Source: the human T2T-CHM13v2.0 reference genome, Homo sapiens. Taken from it: DNA of 64,000 nucleotides. The stretch lies in the NCBI RefSeq assembly GCF_009914755.1, contig NC_060929.1; one strand, written 5' to 3'. Shown here one piece after another: positions 27,482 to 41,126 of this stretch. The first letter of the stretch is position 1, and each line of letters starts with the position of its first letter. The notes below the pieces were generated by a model. That model searched no databases and was not told the origin of the DNA. It saw only the letters and a program-made list of their open reading frames with translations. A program made the position numbers and the translations under genes.

Positions 27482-29179
27482 AGCATCTTTCTTCTCTCAA
27501 GATTTTCTCTGGGCTTGGATCTGATCCATTTGTCCTGAAACCAAGGAGACGTTTCTGCTTATCACTGTTTTCAGAATTCTTTAAAGAGAATTCTGTGTCC
27601 AAAGTAAGATTCACCTGTGGGCTGGCCTAGAATGCAAATGAGCAGGAGCCTGGACACAACTTTAAGGCAACAAAGGAAGCTGTTGTCTCTCTGATAGGAT
27701 CAGTGGAATCACAGAGTCGGAGCCTGTCAGGTGGTCAGGGGTGCGAACAGGGAAGCAGGTGGAAAAGAGGAAGTGTTCACTGTAGAGTGGCCAAGGCACA
27801 GGTTCCTGTGTCAGAGATTCCTGAGTGACCTCCCATGCCTCAGTGTCTTCAACTGCAGATCGGGAGTAGCTCTTAGAGTTGTTGAGAAGTAAATGAGGAT
27901 TAAATGAAGAGTGAAACACCTGTCATATAGCAAGTGTTCAACAAATACTACCTCTCACTGTTTGCTGACACCTCTCATTAAAGTGTATTTTGTTTTAATT
28001 AAAATTCAAATGAAACTTATTTCAGACACCAGGCTGTTTCTCCCATTTTGACTTCATTTTCTACCATCTTACAGGATCTTCATATGCTCTAAAATGCACT
28101 TTTGATTCCTTTCCCACATATAAAGGAGCCCCTGAAGTTAGCGAATGGTCCCCTTTACGGCTGAATCCCAGTCTGGGTCCTTTGTTGATGGTTCCTGCAC
28201 TTGGCAGGCGACTCCCCTCTGGATAGTATCTACAGGTACCTTTTGTAGGGCAGGAGCTGTTTGTGCAGAGCCCACAAGGCAGCCACACATTTCATCTCTG
28301 CGGCAGAGCCAGAAAATACCCTGTGTTTTGTCCTAACCTAAGAAGTGAAACGTATTATAGCACAGCAGAAACATTATCTTGGCTGGGCAAAGTCCTCTCC
28401 TGACCTTTCAGAATTAAAGAATGCTTTAGAAACTCTGGCTTGCTAGAAGTCTTTCCTGCCAAGAAAACCACTTGAGGTTAAGGGTGTGAGAGTGGGAGTC
28501 AGTGGGGGCAAAACTCCCTCTCGGAGGCTCAAAGCAGGTTCCATACTTTAGCTGGGGTAAGATTTCAGGAACACCACTAGGGCCTTGTTTTAGTTCAGCC
28601 TGAATGACTCCAGGGCTATGGTTGCAAACTGGGCTGAACTCAGACTCTTGGGCCTGTATTTCCCCTTGAAGACCTGAGCACAGAGAAGATCAAACAAAAC
28701 CAAACAGAGAAGGATGCTTTCTCATGCCTCCTACAATGTAAACCACAGGGCACTTCACCCAGCTAGGCACGGGTCCAACGCAGGGAGGTATAGGCCCTGC
28801 CGGCCTCAGCCAAGCTCTGCTTCCCTTGGAGAACTTGCATATGAAGCAGGTCTCACAGTTGAGGGAGAAAACAATCCAAAAAGTTTTCCACTGCTTCAAC
28901 AGTACAAGACGAAGAGAATTATCCAGAAGGTGCTCCCTGGCACATCCCAGGCACAGAGCTGATCTAGGGTCTGATGACTTACTCATGCTAGTGCCTTGGA
29001 TGAAGTTTCTAGAAACCGAATCTGCAAGATTCTTGGAGGCTAGGGAGCATCCTTCCTCATCTCCTCTGCAAATGTCTGCATTATTTATTTCTAGGCCTAC
29101 CTTAGAGTCTAGAAGGCTGCTGGGGCAAAGGGCTTGGTCGAGAATCGTTCTCTCTTATTTAAACGTGAGGAAGGACCTC

Positions 29180-30380
29180 AGGGCTCGGCCAAGGGACCGC
29201 TTGTCCGGGGTTGCCCACCTCCTCGGGGTAAGGTGCAGAGCGGCACAGGCGTCCTGCTCCCCAGTGCTCTGCTCAGGGCCCCGCTCCTCTTCCCAAGGCC
29301 CCGTCCGCCCCACCAGAGGCCCCGCAGTACCTTGTGGGTGAGGGAGTGCTGCTTGAGGTGGTGCGGCTGCACAAACTCCATGCCACACTCTGAGCAGATG
29401 TAGGGCCGGATGTCCTTGTGCTTCATCATGTGGTTCTGCAACTGGCTCGGGTACTGGAAGGTCTTGTCGCACTCGGAGCAGTTGTACTGGATGGGGCCCC
29501 GGTGCGTGGTGAGGTGTCTCTTCAGCTGGGCCAAGGTGGGGAAGTCGAGGCCGCACTCCACACAGATGTTCTCGCGCCCACTGGCGTGCTTGGCTTCGTG
29601 GGCCTTGAGCTCGCTGGGGTAGGCAAAGCCGCGGCCGCACACGCGGCAGTTGTGCGGCTTCACCTCGCTGTGCTGCATCATGTGGCGCTTCAGGTGGCTG
29701 GTCTGGGTGAAGGCCTTGTGGCACACCTGGCACTTGTGGGGCCGCGTGCCCTGGTGGGTCAGCATGTGGGTATGCAGGTGGCTGAGCTGCTTGAAGAGCT
29801 TCCCGCAGTGCGTGCACGCGTGCGGCTTGATCCCACTGTGGCCCAGGATGTGGGTGACCAGGTTGTACTTGGAGGTGTAGGACTTCTCGCAGGTGGGGCA
29901 CTGCCAGCGCTTCTGCGAGCCGCCCACGTCCACGTAGTAGCTGTCATCGATCTGCACGTTCACGTCCACCCTCTCCACCTTCTGCTTGGTCTCCTCGCTC
30001 TCCTGGGGCTCGGCTTTCCGGGGCAGCAGAGGTTCCGGGGGCTGCTTGGGCAGGAAGGTGTGCCGGCTGAAGGGGAAGGGCGAGGACGAGGGCACGAAGA
30101 AGGGGAACATGAGGCCCGGGTGGACTTTGGGGTAGTAGGGGTAGGGCGTGGGCAGGAATGGAGTGGGCGTTGGCTGGGGCCACACGGCGCTGGGCTTAAT
30201 GGGTTCCTGCTTGACGGGCTTGCCCCCAAAGTGTTCCAGGCTGCGGTAGAATTGGAAGCCCACGTTGCACAGGTCGATCATCTGAGAGTCATACTTGGGG
30301 CGCGGGGGCTGCGGGAACAGCAAAGGGAGGTTGGGAAGGCCGTGGTTTTTGTTCTCCTCTGAGTGGAGGGCGAGGGTGAC
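29180..30380. promoter_or_regulatory. Intragenic CpG-rich island over the zinc-finger exon and the start of the next intron
   Basis: High GC and dense CG dinucleotides (e.g. gccgcggccgcacacgcggc, gcgtgcacgcgtgcggc) against a CpG-depleted background. Confidence 0.75.
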
Positions 30381-30662
30381 TTCTTCTGCAGGGTGGTTAT
30401 AGGGCATCTTTGTGGGCATGCTCTTCCGTTTCCTAGACCCTGCTCCTTCGAAGACCCCGGGGAACCCATCTAGGTCTCCTGGGGGAGGTTCATACCGAAA
30501 CTGGGAAAATGGCCCTCGGAGAGCTTCCGGGAAGGGGTGTCTTTGGGGAGCCTTTCCCCGAGAAGCCACTGGCTGCAGGCAGTGGGGAAAGGAGGGGGTC
30601 TTCTTCACAGCCAAGTCGAAATGCACATCCTCGTCTTTGATCATCTTCATTTCCTTCTGCAT
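29331..30662 (-). CDS. ZNF366: ZNF366 (DC-SCRIPT) first coding exon, aa 1-444: Pro-rich N-terminus plus C2H2 fingers 1-7
   Basis: ORF MQKEMKMIKDEDVHFDLAVKK...HSLTHK with 7 CxxC-x12-HxxxH fingers. Acceptor ctttctctttaaag|GAAAATTGCCAAGG-ATG (exon starts 30676, 14 nt of 5' UTR); donor AAG|GTACTG at 29331/29330. 1332 nt, phase 0. Confidence 0.97.
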
Positions 30663-31675
30663 CCTTGGCAATTTTCCTTTAAAGAGAAAGAAACTTGTGT
30701 GTTTTGGTTTGGTTTTGTTTAAAATTCTCTTTTTCCTTAAGGATTATGGCTATTTATCAGTACTAATTTATGAAGAGTAGTACTTGCTTAATATGGACCC
30801 TCATTTATCCTAGGGCTGTTCAAAATATCGCTTTTCTTTCTCCTTGCAAACCCAGTTATCAATATGGATAGCACTGGCCTCTTGGGGTGACCCTAGGGCT
30901 GAATCAAATTGGGCTCCAGTGTAAATCCAGCCACAAAACCACAAGGGGTGATGGTAGCAAGGGAAGTGGACTAGTTTGGGAAGAAACCTGAGAACTCATC
31001 TGGCCATTGTCCCCATTTAAGATCAGGGTACCAAAGTCCAGATAAATGAAATGACATTCTCAAGTTACATAGGTACTCACTGAAGGAGTGAGCACTAGAC
31101 CCATTCTGCTGCAGCTTTTCAATCTGAGTTGTAATTACATCTACTAATGGTGATTGGAAAGTGACTTTTAGGGTCTTTTCTTTGTGTAAGGAAACCAATT
31201 TTCACTGCTACTCCCTTGCTTGGGCCTTTGCTGCTGGAAAATGAGGATATTCAAAGCCTCATAGGAGAAGGGATGTTAATGCTTAACTCAGGTCTAATCG
31301 TTTCTGAGTATCCACTCTGAGTAAGGTGTGCTACTAAGGCATAGGGAGTGAATGACATAAACATGATTTTAAAAAGCATATTGAGTAGCTCAATGTTATA
31401 AAGTCATCCTGGCAATGTACACATTCCACTCTTAAACCTGAAGCAAGCTGGAATGAAATATTCCTTTATTATGTGAAATAAAGCCGCACATGGGTCTCTC
31501 CTTTCAGACAGGTGTCAAAGTAAGGGGCAGGCTTGGTGACTCCTGTGGTGCCTGACATGTCCCCTGCTGACACAGCCAGTTACTGTGTCCTGAGACATAG
31601 GCATGTCTGAAAGAGCTGGTGGTGGGACTAGAGTCTGAACAAGGGGCAGTGTTTTTCACGTCTCCTTGCCAGTTT

Positions 31676-31678
<3 letters not shown>

Positions 31679-31731
<53 letters not shown>

Positions 31732-32030
31732 TTTTTTTTTTTTTTGGAGATGGAGTCTGGCTCTGTTGCCCAGGCTGAAGTGCAGTCCAGTGGCACAATC
31801 TTAGCTTACTGCAATATCCGCCTCCTGGGTTCAAGTGACCCTTGTGCCTCAGCCTCCCGAGTAGGTGAGATTACAGGTGTGCGCCACCACGCCCTGTTAA
31901 TCTTTGTGTTTTTAGTAGAGACGGGGTTTCACCATGTTGGCCAGGCTGGTCTTGAACTCCCGATCTCAAGTGATCCACCCGCCTCGGCCTCCCACAGTTG
32001 TGGGATTACAGGCGTGAGCCACTGCACCCA
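31679..32030 (-). mobile_element. AluS with (TTTC)n microsatellite tail
   Basis: Alu consensus; TSD tccttgccagttttct on both sides; (CTTT)n at ~31677-31730. Confidence 0.95.
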
Positions 32031-33961
32031 TCCTTGCCAGTTTTCTGTCTTCTTCATATGGATACTGACAGAATGAACCAAGTGCTAACTCCACATTTCC
32101 AGTAAGGGTCAGTTCTACCCAAGTCCTCTGAGTTTGAGTGGGATCAATCCCTTTTGCTCATCAGATGCTCCCATGGAGCCAGCTGGCTTGGCCAGGTGTA
32201 AGGTCTGATGTAGGGCCACTGGAGATAGGGCTGACATAGAGTCTTAGACTAACTCAGGGCTCTAGCCCTTGGGATTGTCTACAAACAAGGCAATATGGGG
32301 TGAAGGTCCCAGGGCTGAGAGGGCCAACAGTTTTCAGTGATTTTCTATGGTCCTTGGCGAGTCGGATACAGCTTTTACAATGATCCAGCTGTTCTTAAAT
32401 TCTTAAATGGCATGTGTGTCTTTTTGGGAGGCTTGAGAGCTGCAGTACAATTAAAACAAAAATGAGCCTTTTTTTGTTTGGTTACCTAGTCTATATACAG
32501 ACAATCCAATGAGGAAAAAATATGTGCCTTATTATTTAACTATCTGGGCATTATTTAAAGCTGGACAGATAACTAAAAAAATAATGCTTAATATTTGCTT
32601 TGTGTTTATGTGAGTGGAAAGATAGCCCTGGCTTGTCTTTCTTACCGTGGGTTTGGGGCTTAGTAATTATGAGCAAGCTCTTGTATGTCCAGCAAATGGT
32701 AGGCCCAGCCTGTGTCTTAGCTTTGCTTCCTCCCAAAATTCTTATTGCAATGCTAGATCTTCTTCCACTGCTGCCTCAGGGGCCAGGCAATTGTAGGAAG
32801 TGACAAGGGCAGTGGGAGAATGAAATGTCTAGCTTTATGAGACCCGGAGGGGTGTGGGTGGGTGAAATGAGAGTCGTGCTGCGCTATCAGAAAGGACCAG
32901 CAGGAGGATGGGGAAACAGAGGTTATTTGATGGTTTTTCTTGTTTACTAAATCATCTCTTAGCTTGCAATCCAGCAGGTCCTGATCTCTAGATTCACATA
33001 GAGTTATAGAGGGTGTGGCCCTGGCCCAAGAATTTGTTGCATCTATAAAAATAATTGACTTTCAACAAGACTAAACGTGTCCTGCTGAATTGGAGGGGAA
33101 AATGGAAGATCCTTTCCCTATTATTTCATTTGGAACACAGTCGGTTTATAACCCCTTGAGAGATAAATTTCTTTTAGTAGAAAGGCTGCTCAGATTGGAA
33201 AAGTCTCTTCCAGACTACAAGTACCTATGGCAAACCATTGCAGAGCCCATCGAGAAGCAAACTGGTTCTCTTTTTAAAAATTTCCTCTGATTAAAAGAGG
33301 CAATAATTCCTGGTACATGCTAGAGAGCTTGGGTTGAGAATTAGTGAAAAAGAAACATGTCAGAACCTGGGCCAAAACGTACTGAGTTTCCTGTGTATTT
33401 TATTATTAAGAAGTTACTTCTTCTTAAGTACATGGCTAATGACGTGTTGTATCTTTATACAACGTGCTGTAGCTTATACTGGAAAGCTACCGACTTGGAA
33501 TGGAATGTTATCACTAATTGTGAAACGGAAGTTATTTCAGTCTATGCACGTTATTATTGCCTTTGTTTAATATTTTTGTTTTTAGTTATGACATAATCAA
33601 CTAATTGTTTCCTTTTAATACATTAGGAGTTGTAATATACTCCTAATATAATGTTAATCTCAAAAGCATATTTATTTTCAGCATTTGAATTTTTGTCACC
33701 ATTGTCCTAGTAAAGCAAAAAAAAAAATGTCGAACAGAGATGATGTGGCTATTTCTTTAAACATAAATGGCACAATTATGTCCCCAAATGCAGAGAATTT
33801 AGGTGCATACATTTTAATTTTTTACGTATCTTAATGTCATAATATTAATTTCCCCCAGTTTCTGTGTGTATGTATAATGATTCTCCCACCCTTAAAATAG
33901 TAGTCTGTGCACACTAGAATAAAATCAGAAACCCAGAAGGTTTTTTAAAAAGTAGGATCTC

Positions 33962-34299
<338 letters not shown>

Positions 34300-37200
34300 T
34301 TAAAACAGCAGTCCCTTTCTGAATACAGATGTTTTTCTGCATAAAGACCTTAAGGATCATCACCGGTCCCTACAGAGGTCAAGGAGAACTAGATCTGATT
34401 TCCCCTTGGCCTGCTTGAAAGAGAGATCAGCTGTGGCTGCTTCTAGCTATTAATATCTCTGCCTTTGAGCACCAGCACCAGGTGATAAGGAGAAGCCCGA
34501 GGTGGTGAAACAACAACAACAACAAAATCTAGCAAACAAACCATCCTGGGGAAGGGGAGTGTTGAAGGGAAAAGCAGGGGAAGGATGTCTTCCTGAGGAG
34601 GTAATTTATCTTGAAATCAGTCAAGTTAAAATTCTGGGTGTCCTCAGCAAAAATATTAATAGATTCATAGAAAACCTCAATGTGTACCACCCACATGCTC
34701 CGCTCTATTTCTTAAAGTAGATCCACAGGCACCCATAAAACTGACAGGATTCTTATGCAGGAGGCAGGAGAGGCTTGGGGATGGCAATCTGGTTAAGAGA
34801 CCCAAAACATGAGGAGGTGGGGCAAGCCCTCCTCTGAGTCATTGATCCATGGCTGCCTCCAGAGACCCTGGAGAAAACCAGCAGGTTGTAAGACAGTTCC
34901 CCACCAGAAAGAGTTGAAACAACGTGCAAAAAGAAAGAAGAACTGAAAATGTAAAAGCCGCTGCGTGTGGGATAATGGAAAGAGCGTTGGTTTGGAGCCT
35001 GAAAGTCTAGGTTTGAATGTTGGCTTTGTGCTAGCAGCTGTGGGAGAGTGAGTAAGTTACTTTTGAGGTTTGATTTTCTCATTCATGAAATGGGAGTTAG
35101 GATATCCTCATAGGGTTGTTGGAAATTTAGAATGTGTATGAGAAAGTATGTTAAACACTAGACAGTATGCTGCCCTTAAGGAGTGAGAAAGAGTGGACAG
35201 GAGAGGGGGACTGGGTTGTGATCAGTGGTTTGATGCTGTCTAACATCATGTCTGTTTTCTAAGCTGAAGCTCTTGATCATGACTCATGGCATCTGGGCCT
35301 CTGCCTTGCAAGTTAACCACGACTTTACCCATTTATCCTGAGTTGGTCTTGTCACAGCAGCGAAGGTGAACCACGCTCAAAAAGGCTATGGATAAGGCTA
35401 GGGTGAGTTTATTCATACCATGTGGCGATAAACCATGTAGTTAAAGAATACCTCCCCATCCCTTCTCTATGGCTGTTTTTGCTATTACGGAGATGTTTTC
35501 AAGCTTATATTAATAACAGTCTGCTTTGATGAATGGGGAGTTGAAGCAAAGGCTGATCTCATGAGCTATTTCAGCCAGTGTGTGAGAAACTGAAACATTG
35601 CCCCGAATCTAACATCAGAGGTCACCTTCCTAGGGACAGGAGGACCTGTTTGTCAAACCCAAAGTCTCAGACACTAGAATAGTGCTGGGTCAACACTAGC
35701 AAACCAGCTCTTGCAATTCTTGCTAAACTGTGAAGACAGGGACTGGATCTGTTTTATTCACTGCTGCATCTTCAATTCCCGGGATGGAACCTGGCTCAAA
35801 GTAGATGCCCAATCAACTGCTTTGGGATGAGAGAAGAAATGGGTGGTTCTTGTTTTTAAAGTCTCCCATGAAGTTTTAAAAGGTATAATTTTATCTTGTA
35901 TTATTTAGACTGTGGATGACTTTCGATATTTCCCTAATGAAATCATCAGCACATCTATAAGTTATTAGGTAGTTATGAAAAGAACTTGATACACACGCTT
36001 TGTGTGAGTTGTTGCGTACCCTCCTCATCCAAGGGCACTATTCTCTGAGCTAACTCTCAGATTCAGGGTAAGCCCTAAGGCCTGGTACACTAATGCTGGA
36101 GAGCCATTATCAAAGTGCCACCAAGTTCTGCAACCCAGCCAGAAAACAGATTCCTGAAAAGGCCGAAGGGCAGTCATGGGTAGAAAGAAAGACTCCTGGA
36201 CTGAGAAAGGGAAATGTAAACCAAGAATGGGTAGTCACCCTTCACTCTTCCACCTAAAAAAATGTTTGGGAAATTAGTTGCAACCCATTCTTTGTACTAA
36301 TAAGAGGGAGAAGACTTTAGAATAATCATACATTTTCATTGTTACGGTCAGACATTTTTCTAAGGTCCCTGGCTTTCTACAATGCATCACCCAAACCCAA
36401 TAGGCTATAAATCAAGAAACAAATAGTTTGAAAAGGAAAATATTGGGTTCATCTGTGTTAAAGGAATCTGGGGCTCAGATAGCTTCCTTAACTGCTATTA
36501 TCCATAAGATTTGGTTATAGAAATAGGGAAATCGGGAATGAATGAATTTTAAAACCAAAACCAAAACCTCCTCTTTGACCCATAAGGACCAATGAGAGAA
36601 ATCCAAGGCCTGACCAAGATAAAACCACATTTAGTTTTGGGGGAAATATGCTGCTAATAATGGTCTTTAATTGGGAAATCACCTACTGCACCAAAATATA
36701 AATATTCCCCAGATAAAATTACTGGTATTTTGTGGTTCGCATTCAAATCAAAGGTCATTCCAGTAAATATTCTTGAAAGAGTCACAGTGAGCCAGCATGC
36801 CAGGGGCAAATCTCTTTATCTCTCCTCCACCACACTGACTTCTGTTGGTCCTGAAATTCACAAAAGAATATTCACTCTTCCACGAAAGAGAGAAAATGAA
36901 CTCTTTATTCCTTGAAGCTTTCCCATTTTCATTGGAAAATGTTACATTTTACTCCTGGAGGCCCTGACTTCCCTTGTAATATGAGAGTGGCAGTTTACTT
37001 ATGTGATGTACCCTAGAGCTCTGTTCTCAACAGAGGTGGAAGCAGGGAAAAGGTGAGAGTCAAGGAAAATAGTGAGAATAAATAGCAGTGTGAAGAGAAG
37101 CAAAGGGTAGGGGGTGGGGAGGACTACAGGAAGGCAGAGGAGGATAGACATGAACTGGCGGTTATCTTCTCTGTTCATACAAAAGATCTCCTAGTGAGGG

Positions 37201-38945
37201 TCCTCTGAAGAGGGATTTTTAAGTCTTAAAATGAAATGTTCTAACGTTTCAACATAATTGTCTTAATATATATGAACTTGTACTGCTGAGTTCTTCATTT
37301 GTAGATATTTGGCAAGTGATGACTCAGTCTGGCATTCCTGCGATTGGCAGGAATAGAACGGTCTCAAAAGATAGCTGGCAAATGGAGCAATATGTGGTCA
37401 AAAAAGTGAATGTTCTGCCTCGTCACTCTCTGGGTCAGTGGTAGAACCAAAAAGAGGTAACCCGATACTGGGCCAGGCCCCAGGACCCTTCCAGATGCCC
37501 TTCTGGCCCCCATTTAATTTATAAACCCCAATTCCTCCCATTTTGTTATAAAAATAATCTGTCAGCCCATGATGTGGACCAAGTCCTCTAGGTGGCCAGA
37601 AAATACGATTTGGTGATGAGACTTGTTCACACGTGAAACAGCCAATTGAACTCACAAAATCAATTTTTGAAAGTTCCTAAATACAACCAAGACATAATAT
37701 AAAGTCAAGTTTAGTTGTGTATTGTTTAAATTGTCCATAATGAACATGCATATTTACCATTTGTGTATCTTAAATGTATATATTGATAAGAAGCCCTTAG
37801 TAAAAAAATTATCAACAACAGATTCAGCTACTAACTTGCATAGGTTAAAATGGATGTGGGTTTCATTTAGGAAAGAGAAGTTTTTCTTTTAAGTGCTGAA
37901 TACCTAGGCCTAGTTTTTGGAAAGCAGGAGTGAATATAATTATTTGAGCTTGGAACAGCTGCTAGTGTGTTGGGGTTATCTCTGTCCTCGTGACCCATTT
38001 AAAGGAAGGAAATGAATTGGAGATATGACTTAGCAGTTCTCTTCCCCAACCCTCAGAGCTAGTATATCTCTTATAGATGGTGCTCTAACTAGAATGTTAG
38101 AATTTTTCTCCAACTTTCTTTGGAGGGAATGTCTTTAGAATATATGTTGTTTGTTCATGTTCATATATCAAATAAATTTGATAAACTTACTCTTAGCTAC
38201 ACAAAAAATACATATGTGTGTTAGAAACCTTCATTTTGTCCACCTCTGGAAATGACAGCATATTCAGTCTGGTGGGCTCCAGAATTCAGTCTGGTAGATA
38301 GTACCAGAAAATACGATGATCTGCAAGCAAAAGTGCTGAGAATCAATGCATAATTGATGAGGTTAGCCATCTGTGGAAGGAGCCTATTTTAAAAGCATAA
38401 CTCAAGGAAATATTAGCTGGGGAGAGGTTGATAGAAATATTTTGTATTTTGCTTGTGGTGGTAATTACACAACTCTGTAATTTGTCAAAATTTAAAGAAC
38501 CGAAGGAATGAATTTTACTGAATTTAAATTAAAAATGTTAAAAAATATAAAAGAAATATACAAAAAATGCTATTCTGCACGTCGTTATTAAAAGTGTATA
38601 TGAGGATATTTAGAAAACATCTAGCAATAGCCAAGGTGACCAGACCCCACCCAATAATCAATTCATATTTGTGGAATGTGTCCAATGATATTCATATGAT
38701 ATATACAGAGGGGAACAGGGTTATGAGAATTTAATGATCTTAATTCCTGCTCTTTCCAAAGGGGAGATTTTAAATATCGTAGATACCAGCATTTTTGTGT
38801 GTGTATAGTCTATTCAGCAAGAATATTGTGGGGGCAGGGATGATGCATTAAGTTATCCTTCAAGGTAGTCTTTTGCCTTGATTGCATGTTCAGTAAACAA
38901 TCTTCTATAATTGCCCTAACATTCCTTGAAATGCAAAATCATCTG

Positions 38946-39277
<332 letters not shown>

Positions 39278-41041
39278 TCATTCTGGCCATTAGAAAATAT
39301 ACTTCTACCTCTTGTAAATCCAAAGATTGGTATTGATAGGTCATTCTTGGGCATCATATCCCCTAAGCTTGATGAACTGAGTTCTCTGACAACATGGAAG
39401 TTGTTTATTATAATAATCTCCACACTTGCAGGCCAAATCCTAAGTTGCCATGGCCCCACCAGATGCTGCTCTCCCATGCAGCCTACCTGAGCAGCCAACT
39501 GCCTTCTTTCTTTGACATTTCATTGGCTGTATCCGCCATATTGCTGCAAGATTCTGCAGGGCAGGAGGAGGAGAGAACCTTCCCCAGTGGAGTCTTTATG
39601 GAGACTTCTAGGTGAAACCTTTCTTTCCAAAAGAGCCAGAAGTGAACCCCTCACTTCTCTGAAGCCTATCACAATTGTTGGATGTTCCACTCATTGGCAG
39701 GGTCCTGTGCTGCCAGTCACCTTTCTGTGTGGGTGGATGTCCTATATTTCTAACATAGTTTGGTTAGAAAGTCAGAAACTTGCCTGGTGCCTCATACATG
39801 GTTCAAATCCAATCATTACTTGGAAATTTACTTGACAAATAACCGTGTCCTAGGTTTCTCTTGCTCCCTGATCCCAAGCAAAATTTTTCCATTTCCGGAA
39901 GACAGGACTAACTGGTTGACTTGTCCTGTCCCAGTTTATCCCAAGCCAACCTCGCGTAAATTAACTGCCAAGAACATCTCCCATGAGGAAGGTGCTTTAG
40001 CCATGGCATAGCAGGGACTGGGGTAGTGCTCCTCAGAATGGATGGCCCCTGCTTCATCCTGGCTCAGGCTCCTTGGCCAATGAGTGGCATGTTCCTTTGA
40101 TATGAAAGATAGAATGTCCTGTTTCACTGAAATAACATAAAGGAATGTGGGAAGGTTCTGAAAATGCCCAAGGTGACAGTGGGCAAATGCCAATGAGTCT
40201 CTGAGTGAGTATGCAACCACAGAGTAAAACACACCCACATTCCTGCAAATACAGTGTGTCCTGGGGGAGCAGGCCACCATGATTTCCCTCACTGACTCAA
40301 TAGCTGCAGATTCCCCGTGACTCTCCATGCAAATGCTCATTCGCTTTGTGGAAAAGCCCATCCTCATGGGCAGATGGGTCTGTGACCCCACTGTTCACTG
40401 TTTCTTTTTATTTTATGTAGTAGACTTCTTGCTATATTTCTGCCTTCTGATGAATGATCACTCTGCATCTGGATACCTTTTCTCCCCACTTTACATTTTT
40501 ATTGTTCCAAGTCTTCTCATTCGTCTGCTTCATATTGATTTTTTTCTATTGATTCTGCTCACTAAAATCATTCTTATAAAATATACATACTGATAAAATA
40601 CATGCACTTATCTCCTTGTGTACATGTACAGATAGCCTAGCTCTAGAAGGAAATAGAAGAATCTGGTATTATCTGCTGTCTCTGGGGAAAAGGACTGTAT
40701 GGCTGGAGGAGGAAGGTTTGGGAGTGAAGCAGCTGAGTTACCAATTTATGGAGGGGCCGTTCCCATCATAGTCTATGGGTGGGTGCCTCTGCAGCTGTTC
40801 AGTGCCTGGGTGGAAAGGAAACTTTTAATGGTATACTTTTGCAACTTATACTTCTATACACTGTAGATGACTTAGCTATTCAAACACTTGCATTAAAAAT
40901 GTAAAAATTCATATTGGCTTTCAAACAGCAAACACTCAGACAAAATTAGACTTGGGATTCCCTTCCTTTTGAGCTCTGAAAAATTCTCTTGAGGCATTTT
41001 AATAGACTCCTTGATTTTTCTGCCCAAGGTCTTAAAAAAAA

Positions 41042-41126
41042 TTTTTTTTTAAGAGACGGGGTCTCACTTTGTTGCCCAGGCTGGTCTTGAACTCCTGGCC
41101 TCAAGTGATCCTCCAGTCTTAGCCTC
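41042..41126 (-). mobile_element. Truncated Alu monomer (FLAM-like)
   Basis: agagacggggtctcactttgttgcccaggctggtcttgaactcctggcctcaagtgatcc. Confidence 0.8.

Noticed and set aside
29155-29901. 248-aa alternative-frame minus-strand ORF within exon 2
   Set aside because: Starts at GTG deep inside the CDS. Its P/A/Q/R-rich composition is typical of stop-poor GC-rich off-frames.
29418-30362. 314-aa plus-strand ORF antisense to the zinc-finger exon
   Set aside because: Shadow ORF expected from GC3-rich codons on the opposite strand; no recognisable domain or gene structure.
30663-30671. Upstream start 'MPR' in the ORF track
   Set aside because: It is a TTG codon in the 14-nt 5' UTR part of the exon; the ATG at 30662 gives the 744-aa protein.
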